A DNA stretch of 57,955 bases, filler included, from Basidioascus undulatus (Eukaryota): NCBI GenBank assembly GCA_000826855.1. It is 4 parts of 4 records of this genome, joined end to end, with 100 filler letters (N's around TTAATTAATTAA, not from the genome) between each part and the next. Parts side by side here need not be neighbours in the genome. Positions count along the whole stretch, not along the records: positions 1 to 14,418 come from JTLS01000732.1; positions 14,519 to 28,934 come from JTLS01000733.1; 2 more parts are not named here. The stretch is one strand, 5' to 3'. Below the pieces are notes generated by a model. That model did no database searches and was not told where the DNA came from. It saw only the letters and a program-made list of their open reading frames with translations. This document shows, in pieces, positions 12,526 through 23,396 of the stretch. Position numbers and translations under genes: made by a program. Position 1 is the first letter of the stretch. Each line of letters begins with the position of its first letter.

Positions 12526-13070
12526 ATGGCCGCCCCGTTCCTCATTCAACCTTGCACGCCCTAAGACCTCCCTGCAGTCCTCTCCCTCTTTGACGGCGCG
12601 CAAGCATGGATGGTCTCCAACGGCAATACGCGCCAATGGGGCACCGTGCTGTTCTCGACCCTCCCCCACCGCGTGCAGTCCGTCCAAGCCGCGCTTGCGT
12701 CCTCCACGCCCTCAGTCCCTCAGGCCAAGGATTCGGTGCATTCTCCATGGCAGCCGCGGGGGACGGGGAAGGCGGCGAGATGCTCGGCTTCCTAGCCCTG
12801 AGCGACACTCATCCGCCTCTCGCTCCGCCCCCGCGCGAAGGGGACCATGAGCTGTACATTCGCATGCTTGTCGGCGCGCCGGGCTCGAGAGCTGCGTCAG
12901 GGGTGGGCCGAGCGCTGGTGCAGTTCGCGAATGGCCAAGCGCGGAAGGAGGGGAATAATGTGCTGCGGGAGGTTGCTTTGATGGGGAAGAGGGACAGGGC
13001 CCGCTAGTGAAGTGGGATGAGGGCGTGGGGTTCGTCAAAGCGGGGAAGGATAGAGGAGGTTGGACGATGG
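12526..13070 (+). pseudogene. Disrupted intronless GNAT acetyltransferase
   Basis: ATG at 12526, in-frame TAA at 12562, then DLPAVLSLFDGAQAWMVSNGNTRQWG; frameshift to ELYIRMLV...GVGRALVQFA...ARKEG..VLR; second shift to CFDG...LVKWDEGVGF. Confidence 0.72.
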
Positions 13071-14418
13071 GAGGAGGGCGTGAGGTGGGGTCGGTGGGGG
13101 AACTCCGACTTGTTGAGGAGGAGGGTTTCGAAGAGGAAGGAGCGAGTATGAGGCGGTTCCAACGCCTTGATGCAGATGCTGCCATGATGTGCTGCCCAAC
13201 TATGCTGCCTCGTGAAAAGTACTATATGAAAAAGCTATTTGGTCATTCAACCATCGAGTATCATTTGTAGCATCAGCAGTTTGCTTCCCCCACACAGCTC
13301 TACCTGCCGGGACTGCTAGCTGAATCTACTTTCCTCCAGCAGTGACGCCTAGCCCGCTCGAGGTCTTCCCAGACAGTTGAAGCACTTAGTCAAGCATCAG
13401 CAAAGTGCGAGACGTCGGATGGGTCAGGTTTCGAGGCCAAGAGAAGATCCACGCGTGTTGTTACGACCGACCGTTCTTCTGGAACTAAGGGACTGAAGTG
13501 ATGTGACCCTGAAGATTTTCGAAGACACTGAGAAAGGGATAAGACATGGGCACTTCGGTAGTGTTGTTGCGCAAGAAGTGGCTGACAGGAAAAAGCATGA
13601 AGCGTGAAGAGTATCTCAGCCACTGCGCCGGGAGTCGGGCATATGTGTCCAGGACAGACTTGTCAGCAGCGTGATTAACTTCAGAGGCCATACCCCTGGG
13701 ATGTGGTTGGTAAAAAGGTGTAGAAGGGCGTGCCGGCGTGCGGAAAGTAGCAGCAGCGGGAAGCAGCAGCGCAGCAAGTTCATGTCGAAGGGCCTCATAG
13801 TCCCAGACGCAGAGGATCAACCGTTGCAGGAAGAACACCAAGCAATTCACGAGACACCCCCTTGGCTCATTACCAGGGAGATTCTAAACGTGCGGTCGCA
13901 GAGAGCGAAGCCTGGCTCAGTGAGATTGAGTGAGAGGCACAGGAGCGGCGGTGACGAGTGTTGTACGTAACGTTGATCCAACACTCAAAAGCTCAAGATG
14001 GACAGACTGCAGAAGCATTGAAAGCTAGGTAGTACAACATCTCAAAACACCATCTTCCTGATGATTCCTGGGGCCTGAGCCAAACGTGCATGCATTTGGC
14101 CATGGCCCAAACCGGCAGACCCGCCCGGTCATGGCTTGCGTGCGAAGCATCAGGAAACTTCGAAAGCACCAGAACGAACAACCTTTATTCATTTCCCGAG
14201 GTTATCATGCCATTAAAGGAATGCGACGGTGACCTCGCTCGGTGGCCTGCGCCATGCTCTCCATAAACCCACAATCCACGTGCCCACCGCCCAAAAACAC
14301 AGCCTCCCCAAAAAGAAAGGGAAAAATATAGATAGAAACCAAAACAAGCCGCCACTACCGCTCGTCCCCGCATACTTACTGACATACATGACATGACACT
14401 AGCGGTACACAGTAAGAC

Positions 14419-14518
14419 NNNNNNNNNNNNNNNNNNNNNNNNNNNNNNNNNNNNNNNNNNNNTTAATTAATTAANNNNNNNNNNNNNNNNNNNNNNNNNN
14501 NNNNNNNNNNNNNNNNNN
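14419..14518. other. Artificial contig linker (N44-TTAATTAATTAA-N44)
   Basis: 100 nt spacer with stops in all six frames; identical at three places in the window. Confidence 0.99.
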
Positions 14519-14628
14519 AGAAATGAGCAACTTGTGAGAGGCAGAGGAGCAGGTGCTGGAAAGCTGGGTGCGAGAAGGGTCAGTTAAATTGGGCTTGGAG
14601 GGAGAGGGAGAAGAAGAGGAAGGCGCAC

Positions 14629-15621
14629 ATTGTTATCCGGATCGCCAATCACCTCCTGCGCGAGCGACGCAATCTGCACCTTGGCCAGCTCGACCCGCTC
14701 CTTCCTGCTCCCCGGGCGTCCCACAACATCCGCGACTGCCGGGCGCCCAAACCTCGCCGCGAACGCCACATCGCTCCTCGGCGGTTCCTCCCTCTTCGGC
14801 TGCTCCTCCTCCTCGTCCGACTCTTCCTCCGAAGAATCCGCCCGCGTCGAACGAAACGGGTCCGCTGGCAAGTGCGCCACCTGACCGGACGGCAACTTGA
14901 TCGGCAGGCGCTGGGCGGTGTGCGCTTCGGGCGGGGAGGGCGCGCGCACGCGGGAGGTGCGCTCGTAGGACTGCTCTTCGTCGGAGGAGTCGGCGGGGCG
15001 CTTGGTGCGTCGTCGCGCAGGGGCTGGTTCTTCGTCTTCGGAGAGGGATAGATCGTCGAGGTCGGACGCGTCAAGGTCGGAGGTGGAGAGATCGGAGAGG
15101 TCGGAGGGGAGGGTGGAGTGCGAGGACGAGGGCGAGGGCGAGCGGGCGCGCTTGGGACGCGTGGACTTGGGCTTCGTCAGGTCGTGGCGGCGGGCGAGCT
15201 CTTGCTTGCTCCTGGACAGTTTCCAAGTATAATTCAGTCAGCGCATCAGAATGTAAAACAAAAGAGAGAAAGTGTGCACGCACAGCGCGATACCCTCCTT
15301 ATCCAAGCTCCTCAAGAACCCCGGGGCCCTCTCGCCCCCCTCCCCAAACCACTCCACGTCCTCCTCATCCACGTCCATCCCCCCCTCGCCCCCCTCCCCA
15401 TACTCCTCCTCCGAGTCGGCAGCGTTGGGGATCTCGATGTGCGTGCGCTGCTCGGGCTTGATCTTCTTCTTGGGCTGCTCGTCCTCCGGCGCACGGGGGT
15501 TCGACCCGAGGTAGCCGCGCCCGCGCTTCGCCGCGGGCGTCCCGCTGGATTTGGACGGCTTGTGGCCTGGCTTGGCACCTGTGGTGGATTTGTTGCGCGG
15601 TTTGAGCGATTTAGGGGGCAT
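14629..15621 (-). CDS. NOC3: Nucleolar complex protein 3, N-terminal exons (gene runs off the contig end)
   Basis: Charged N-terminus, FLRSLDKEGI, acidic tract, RLPIKLPSGQV, then RVELAKVQIASLAQEVIGDPDNN followed by a GT donor. Matches the fungal Noc3 N-terminal pattern as I recall it. Confidence 0.78.
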
Positions 15622-15858
15622 GATGGGTGGGAGTGTGTGTGCAGAGAAGACGCAGGCGGCAAGTTTCGCTGGGATGAAATGCGGGGGAAAGTGTGTGTCA
15701 TACCCGTCACCAATCCGCGGATTTGACGAGGAAGATCACACGCAGCGACGTAAGGCAGGCCGCGCGTTGTGGGCAGCCTCAACACCCCCATCGCCCTCCT
15801 CACCACTCTACGCGCATTTCTCATCTAAACTCTCTGATCTCAACGTACTAGTACAGTA

Positions 15859-16667
15859 ATGGCCACCGCGATGCTCCCCCAAGCAGGCGGATTTGACTTC
15901 TCAAACTACCACCGGTCCGTCCCTGGCCTTCCCTTGGCCTCCCCTCCTCGGAACTGATCTCTCCCTGGATGCGAGGACAGCAACGCCGCCCTTTCCGCGT
16001 CTTCTTCCTCTGTGGCCCTCCCCAAGGCCACCTCCACCGGTACCACCATCGTCGGATGCATTTACAAGGACGGCGTCGTCCTGGGCGCGGTGCGTCGCGT
16101 GCTGGAAGGAAGGATGGGAAGGGTGGGCGCTGATGGGGAGGGTTGGATGAACAGGACACGAGGGCGACGGAGGGACCTATTGTGGCGGATAAGAAGTGCG
16201 TGTTGAACTCTCTTATTCCAATTCCTTATCCCTTTACTAAACCCCACCCGATCTAGCTGCGAGAAGGTACCCCTGCCCAGTTTCCCTGCCTTCCTCTCCA
16301 AGCTCACCCTTCTCCTCCCCCTCAGATCCACTACCTAACCGACAACATCCGCTGCTGCGGCGCGGGCACGGCGGCGGACACGGAGTTCACGACCGCGCTG
16401 ATCTCCTCCAACCTGGAGCTGCACTCGCTCTCCACGGGCCGCCCTGCGCGCGTCGCGACGGCGATGACGATGCTCAAGCAGATGCTCTTCCGCCACCAGG
16501 GGCACATCGGCGCCGCCCTCGTCCTCGGCGGCATCGACCCCACCGGACCGCACCTCTTCACTGTTGCCCCCCACGGCTCGACCGACAAGCTACCGTATGT
16601 TACGATGGGCTCTGGCAGTCTCGCGGCGATGGCGGTGTTTGAGGCGAGCTGGAAGCCGGGGATGACG
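15859..16667 (+). CDS. PUP1: 20S proteasome subunit beta2 (C-terminal exons missing here)
   Basis: [11 protein letters not shown]...[13 protein letters not shown]...[26 protein letters not shown]...[14 protein letters not shown]...[20 protein letters not shown]...[25 protein letters not shown]. Includes a 10 nt micro-exon near 16257-16267. Confidence 0.95.
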
Positions 16668-16926
16668 GTGCGTTATTCTCCGCCCGTGTTCATTCCGCAT
16701 CCTTCCCGTTCTCTCCCTCTCTCCCCTCCCCGTCTTCCTTTCCCCTTGCTCCTCCCCTTTTCTCTTGCCCTCCTTCTCCTTCTTTCTCTTCCTTGCCCCT
16801 TGCTCCTCCCCTTTTCCCCCGCCCACACTTCTCCGCAGTCTCAAACTACCCAAGTATACTTCAACAATGGCGGCAAGCAAAAAAGGCAAAAGCACAGCAG
16901 GCTGCAGTGAATGCTGAGGCAACGAT

Positions 16927-17947
16927 GCCTCATGCTCCGCCGCTGCCTCGAGTCGCCCACCCCACGCTTCGGGATGGTCCTCCCCTCGCGCGCGCCCGGC
17001 CCGCTCGGCGGCCTGTGCGAGTACGGGACCATGCTCGAGATCCGGAGTGTGCAGATGCTCCTCGACGGGCGCAGCCTCGTCGAGACTGTCGGGAGCTGGC
17101 GGTTCAAGATCCTCGAGAAGGACATGCGGGACGGGTACAATGTTGGTCGCATCGAGTGGTGCGTTCCTCTACCGTTCCTTGCTCTTCATTTTAGGCAACG
17201 ATGCCTGACAAGGTGCCGGTTCAAACAGCATCGACGATATTTCCGATGAGGACGAAGCGGAGCTCGAGCGTCTCGCGCTCGACCGCAACGCCGCGCGCTC
17301 AGCGGAGGCGTCCTCGTTCGCGCGGTCCGAGACGCCGGCGCCCACGCCCACGCCAGCCCTCTCCGCCCACGCCGTGGCTCCATCGATCGGCGTCCCCACC
17401 AGCACCGTGTCCGTCCCTGCCGCTCCCTCGCGCGGGCCCTCGCCCGCGCCCGCACCGCCGCAACCACCACAGCGCGAGCTGTCGACCGCGGAGCTCATGG
17501 CCAACTGCATGCACTTCGTGGACAAGGTCCGCTCGGGCTCGGCACCATGGCTGCAGCAGCGGTTAAACAGCACGCTCGGGCCAATGCCGGCCAACCCGCG
17601 CGAGTTCTCGTACTGGATGGCTTTGGTCCGTCTCGCACCTTTCTCTCTTTCCTCGGTTCCCCCCCCGCGCGCGATGGTGACCTACCCTGCGCTCTTTTGC
17701 AACAGGTCATGCCCATTGACGAGCACGAGAAGGCGAAGCTCCTGCCCATCCGCTCGCCGCGCCTGCGCCTGCGCCTCCTCGTGCACTGGATCGAGCAGCT
17801 CAACGGAAGCTGGTAAGCGTCGCTTCCTCTCCCCTCCTTTCACCCTTTCCTCTCCTCTATCACCCCGTCGGTCCGGGACTGAGCACGGTTTGTTGACACG
17901 GAAGGCACATCGGCAGGTGGTTCAACCAAGGCTGCGTCGTCCACTAG
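16927..17947 (+). CDS. C-terminal LON substrate-binding domain of a LONRF-like (RING-LON) protein; 5' part absent
   Basis: LMLRRCLES...FGMVLP...EYGTMLEIRSVQMLLDGRSLVETVGSWRFKILEK..RDGYNVGRIE, LRSGSAPW-like segment, FSYWMALVMPIDEHEKAKLLPIRSPRLRLRLLVHWIEQLNGSWWFNQGCVVH*. Confidence 0.85.
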
Positions 17948-18110
17948 TCGTCGCCAGCCGCACGCTCTCGCTTCCTTCCCCTTCGTCTGACACTGTACAG
18001 TGTACCCGAGCACTACCCCCTTTTTTCCTTGCTCCTTGATCTCCATTCCATCGGCGTCGGCATCGTTACCTTCGCTCCCATTCCCAGCTCACGACTTTTC
18101 ACGCAACCCG

Positions 18111-18146
18111 CACATCCACATCCACATCCACATCCACATCCACATC
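18111..18146. repeat. (CACATC)6 microsatellite
   Basis: Six direct hexamer units seen in sequence. Confidence 0.95.
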
Positions 18147-18806
18147 CTCATACACACATCGCGCACGTCTCGTTCTTTTCCCGTTGTTTCTTGATTGCTG
18201 CCCATTTATTTTCACACTATTCTATGCACTTTCCGCTTCACTGCTTCCCTTGCTCATCTCAACGTTTGGGACCTCTTCCGTTGTTGGCATAATTCGTTCG
18301 TTCTGCTCTTTTGTCTCGCACGCTGCACATGCACTTTTATTCGGGTACCCTTTGCTCAAGTTTGCTATCTCTTGCAGTTTGGGTTTGTCAAGGGCTTTTT
18401 ACCTACCACTTGGGATGCGTGTTGTCGCTCGACTCAAAGCTCAGTCCGACAAGCGCGTCGAGTTGTGACTTCGACTTCGGTCGAGTAGACGGACGGGTAG
18501 GAACGGGCCAATAGCGTATTGCATGCAGCCGGCAGGTCGGATATTCTAAGAATCCAAGGTATCGTAGTAAAAATGACAAAAGTACAAAGCAAGGGAGTAC
18601 GATGCGACGAAAGGAGGAGCAGACATGAAAGCGGCAAGTGCCGGGTAAAGGGCTATGGTAAGGAGAGTAAGGGTAATGTAGACGAGGGAAGAGGGAAACA
18701 AGGGTGGGTAAGACATTCGGTCGGAACGGGAGTATGAGAAGGGCAGAGTCGTCGAGTCCAAGAGCAATGAGCAGATCTGAACGGGAGGAGGTTGGACAAA
18801 GGGGGC

Positions 18807-21737
18807 TACACTGCATTTACCGAAAAAACGTCAGTCGCGCTTCACTAACACGATACGAGGAACCCCAACCAACGCACCGCTCTAACCACCCTTCGCCCTC
18901 AACCGAGCCTTCAAGTCCGCCGTCTCCTGTTGCAAGCTGTCCCCGCCGCCGCCCCACCGCACTCGATCAGCCCCGCTTCTCCAACGCAACCTCGTCTCCC
19001 ATCCCCCGTGCCCCAGCGGGGCGTCCGACCAACCTGTTGAGTTCGTCCAGCAGCCCCAAGTTCTGCTCCATGTGACTGCCTTGCGCGCGCTCGAGCTCGT
19101 CCTGCGCCTCCCGCAGCTGCCGCCGCAGGCCATCCACCTCCGCGTCGTGGCCTGCGCCGTGCGCAGCAGCCACGGACGCGCGCGCTTCCAGCTGCTGCGC
19201 CCGGCCGAGCGCCCGGTCGAGCTCTTCTTGCAGGCTGTTGAGCTGCTCGATTCTGGGCGATGGGAAGGCGGGCGGCAAGGGTCAATGTGACGCGATTGGT
19301 TTGACAGCGCCATGAGCGCAGCGAGGCACGCGTTGAGCACTTACAGGTCGGCTTCCGCAGAGGCGGAGTCTTCTAGTCGGTGCTCAAGCTCGGCCACTTG
19401 CTGCTTGTACGTCTCGAGGCTCGTCCGGCTCTCCATGACTAGTCTTTGGGCCTTCTCGGCGTTGCTCTGTCATCGAGCCCACTGAATGATCAGTCCCGAG
19501 CACGCCTGTAACCCACCTGCGCGCCTGGAAGATCTCACGCACCTTGTACAGATCCGTCGTCTCCCCGAAGCGAATCAAGCGAGCCACCAAAGCCTTGTCA
19601 TCCTCCACGAGCGCCTTGACGCGTTCCCCGAGCCGCTTGACGCTGAAGCGTTCGCGCTCCATGTCCGGTGGTGAAGCGCTATCGTAGAGGGCGCGCAACG
19701 CCTGAACATCGACAGAGGAGGAGGACGCTTTGTGGGTGGGTGGAGTTTTCTGGCCAGGTAGCTGGGGGGAGCGGCGCGCGGCGCGGCCGGAGGCGGGAGG
19801 GAGGATCCGCCAGAGATCGCGCAGGAGGCGGAGAGTCGCGGCGTATTCGGAAGGGTCGGAGGGGTCGGGCGGAATGGAAGGAGGTCGGGTGGCGAGGGCT
19901 TTTATGCGGTCGGCTTGCTCCTGTGGAAGAGGGATCGTTCAGCTTCAGTTCACGCCATATCTCAGGAAAGTAGGCTCGGAAAGACAAACGCACTGAGATG
20001 CGATCCTCGAGCTGCCTTTCCCGCTTCTCGCTCGCCTCCCTCTCCTCCTTCACTCGCCTCAACGCCTCCCTCAGCCCATCGAGCTCGCCCGCGCTCTCCG
20101 CCCGCAGCTTAACCAACATCGTCTCCATCTCGTCCGCCCTCTTCCGCTCCTCCCTCAAGCTCGCGGCCTCGCGCTCGGCCGCCAGCGCACGCGTCGTGAG
20201 GGACGAGAGGTGGTCCGAGAGGTGCCGCGAGAACGCGTCGACGCGCTGGTATGGGTCGCTGGGGAGGACAGCGTCCACGGCTCCAGCGTTCCGTTGCAAG
20301 ACGTCGGTCAGCCGCGCGAGGTCGCTCTCGAGTCGTTTCCGCTCGGCCTCGAGGTCAACCGAGCGGTCCGTCCGAGCAGTCTCGAGCGCCTCCTGCGCGT
20401 CCCGGACTTGCGCCTCCAGCCGACCCACGTCTCGTTGTCGCTCCTGCTCGACCGCTTCGAGAAGCTCCTCGGCTCGCCGAAGCCGCTCCTCCGCCTCTCC
20501 GTTGCTCGCCCCGCCGGATCGCAGCTCCTCCTCGAGTTCGGCTGCGCGCATCTCCAGCTCATCCATCTCCATCTTCATCTCCCCCGCGGAGCGCACGGCG
20601 TTCGTGGCACGCTTGCGCTCCTCGGCAAGCGTCACGTTCAACTGGGCGAGCTTCTCCTCCAGCTCGGCGACCGGCGCGGATCCGCGCCGAGACGCGAGGA
20701 ACTGCGCGTTCTCGTTCCCAGCGAACAGGTGCGGGCCGTCGAATTGCGCGGAGCGAGGCGTAGGCGGGCCCGCGGCGCGTCCGCTGCTGCCGCCCTCGAG
20801 CCGGCGGACATGGAGCGCGAGCACGCCCGCGTTGTGCTCGAGGAGGCGCTTCTGACAGTCCATCATGCGCTCGCGGAGGCGCGCGAGCTCGCGCTCGGCC
20901 GCTTCGACCTTGCGGTTCGAGGACTCGAGCTGGTCGGACGCTTGGCGCGACATGCGCTTGTGCGATGCGTGCAGCTTGTGCAGCGCCGCGGCGGCGTCGC
21001 GGATCTTGGTCTCGGTCGAGAGCTTGTGCTCCTGCGCTCGCATTCGGGAGTCCAGGACGACGTATTCCTAATCATGCCAGTCCTCCGTTATAAGCCCACC
21101 AGGTCGTCCCAATCCCGACACTCAGAGATGAGAGCCAGCGCACTTTCTTGAGCTCCTCCACCTCTTCCCCGCTCATCACCCCGAACTCCTGCGAGTCCAA
21201 GACCGCCTGGCTCGCCAGCAGGCTCATGAGCAGCTCATCCTGCATGTCAAGCAGCACCGACGACTGTGGCCGAGGCTGCTGGACCTTAGATACGGGTACG
21301 GGGGGCGGACCCATCGCCTTGGAAGGCGGCCACGGCTGAGACGGCGGAGCTGCGGCTAAGATGGAGGGCATCTGGGCCTCTGGCGCGCGCGGCGCGTACT
21401 GGCGCAAAGGAGGGGAGAATGGTCTGCGAGCGGGTGCAGCAGGAGCTGCTGGCGGGCGCGAGTTTCGGTTTCGAAAGAAGACACCGGCGTTGGTAACGCC
21501 TGAGGAGGCGCCCGCGGTGAGCGGGCTGGTGGGCGGGCTGGCGTATGGCTCGCCTGCGCTGAAGCCGTCAAGGCTGTCGCTGTCGTCGTCGTCGCCAAAA
21601 TTGTCGGCCGACGCGGTCGTGGATGTCGGCGAGAACGCGCGTCGGTTCGGTGAGGGCGAGGTAGCGCCCCGGGCGCTGGCTAGGCTCGTCGGCGCGCGGT
21701 CCTCTGCTGGGGATGGTGCCCACGGTCGGCGCAGCAT
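18807..21737 (-). CDS. Uds1 (up-regulated during septation) domain coiled-coil protein
   Basis: Pro/Ser-rich N-terminus, then LLASQAVLDSQEFGVMSGEEVEELKK|EYVVLDSR...KLSTETKIRDAA...RLLEHNAGVLAL, FDGPHLFAG, long heptad region, LLDELNRLQQETADLKARLRAKG. Last exon inferred. Confidence 0.82.
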
Positions 21738-22102
21738 CGACGCGTCTGTTTGGCGTAAAGTGTCGTGGAGTGGGCGATCGTATGGTCGTAAGAGTCTAAT
21801 GTACAGCAGTCGTCTCGGAGTATAAAAGCCAGAGGGAGTTGAAGGCCGAGATCAAGAGCACAAACAGCAGGGCACGGCTTCCTCCCAGTCGCATGCGATC
21901 GCGAGATGGCGCGTCAAATTGATAATTTTCGCGTCAGGCTTCACCCGACCTTCGCTGCTGGCCTGTCGAGCAGGCACTCCCGGCACGCTCATTCTTTGAA
22001 ATCAAGGCATCTATCACTGGGAGATATCTAGAAGGGTATCTGGGTTGTACATCCGTGTGCAATTGCTGGAACTCCGGCTGTGCAGTCGTTCGCTCCTGGT
22101 CT

Positions 22103-23302
22103 TCAGTTCCCCCAGAACTTCTTGTCGTTGTGCTTGCCATCGTGCTGTGGGAAAAATCCATATGTGAGTTTAGGAAAACATTGACTCAGTTTATTAAAAA
22201 CGCGTACGTCGTGGTGGCGTCCCTCATCGTCCGAGGAATCGTCCGAGTCGCTGGAGTCGGAGCCATGCTTGTCTCCGTGCCTGTGCTTCTTGCCACCCTT
22301 CTTATGCTGGTCCTTGAAGTCCTTGAAGCCGTAGAGACCGTCCTGGACCACCTGCCTGTCAAGAAACTGACCGCTGACTGAGAATCTACAGAGACAGCCG
22401 GCCAGCGTACGTTCTTCTTCTTGTAGTCGCTCGGCGAGTTCCACATGTCCTTCTTGTCGTCCTGTTCCCCGTGCATCAATGTCAGCACAGTCAGGTCATA
22501 TAAAATACGGGAAATAATACCTTGTGGTCGGCGTGCTTGCGGTCTTCGTCCTTCTTGCCGCCGAACTTGTAATCGTCGAAGTACTTCTTGTGGTCATCGT
22601 CTTTGCGATCACCGTACTTGACATCCCGGTAGTTGTCCTAAAGGAGTGAGTGTAAGGTAAGCATACAATCTCCATCAGAGAAGAGTTTCAGCCTGTAAAC
22701 CAGGGCCTTCACCTTCTTGTGATCATCATCCTTCTTTCCGCCTCCGTACTTGTAATCTTTGTCGCCGTCCTGAAGAAATTGCACGTTAGCAACAGTACCA
22801 GCTAGATAAACTGGAACCCGAGCCAGCAAGAACCCAGGATTCTCACCTTCTTGTACCCGCGCCCATCGCGCTCGCCGCCATCGCGCCCGTAGTCATCAAA
22901 CTTCTCATACTTGTTGTTGTCCTTGTGAATCTTTAGTTAGAACGCTTCCAAGGTCATAGATAAATCAGCTCAGTGAAGAAAGGGTCCTCACGTTCTTGTA
23001 CATGCGCCCATCGTGCACATCACCCCCGTGTTTGACGTAGTCGCCACGGTCGTCGTGCTTCTTGTCCTTCTGTCCAATTCAATAATATCAGTACCCCAAC
23101 AAGAACATCAGATAATCCTAGCTCCGCCCACGCCATAGTTGTAGTCCTTCTTCCCATACGGGTCAAAGTCCCGGCGAGCCTTGCTGTCCGGGAGCGTCGA
23201 CCTGCGCTGCGTGAGTAGGCTGCGCGGGAAGGGCTCACCAGACAAAGACGCCAGAGCGCTGGCGGAGATGGCGATGACGGTCAGACCGATGGTAGCGTGC
23301 AT
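22103..23302 (-). CDS. Secreted K/D/G/H/Y-rich repeat protein with many dibasic sites
   Basis: Signal peptide MHATIGLTVIAISASALA. Eight exons joined by phase-0 GT-AG introns, e.g. DGDKDYKYGGGKKDDDHKK and DVKYGDRKDDDHKKYFDDYKFGGKKDED, ending HDGKHNDKKFWGN*. Confidence 0.8.
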
Positions 23303-23389
23303 GGTTGCTTTGTGGGATTGTGTATGAGGGTGGAAGGGAAGAAGGGGAGGGATGTCGAGATGGGGATCTGTACATCCTTCCAGACCGAC

Positions 23390-23396
23390 TTTTATA
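23390..23396 (-). promoter_or_regulatory. TATA box (TATAAAA) upstream of the secreted repeat protein gene
   Basis: TATAAAA on the minus strand about 90 nt upstream of the ATG at 23302. Confidence 0.55.

Noticed and set aside
13390..14400. Possible transposase remnant at the end of contig 1
   Set aside because: No catalytic motif or terminal repeats recognisable.
14463..14474. TTAATTAATTAA palindrome repeated three times at ~14.5 kb spacing
   Set aside because: Sits inside fixed N runs; it is an assembly linker, not a biological repeat or CRISPR-like array.
19998..21151. Long plus-strand ORFs (285 and 313 aa)
   Set aside because: Antisense shadows of the GC3-rich Uds1 coiled-coil exon; the same applies to most overlapping ORFs in the track.
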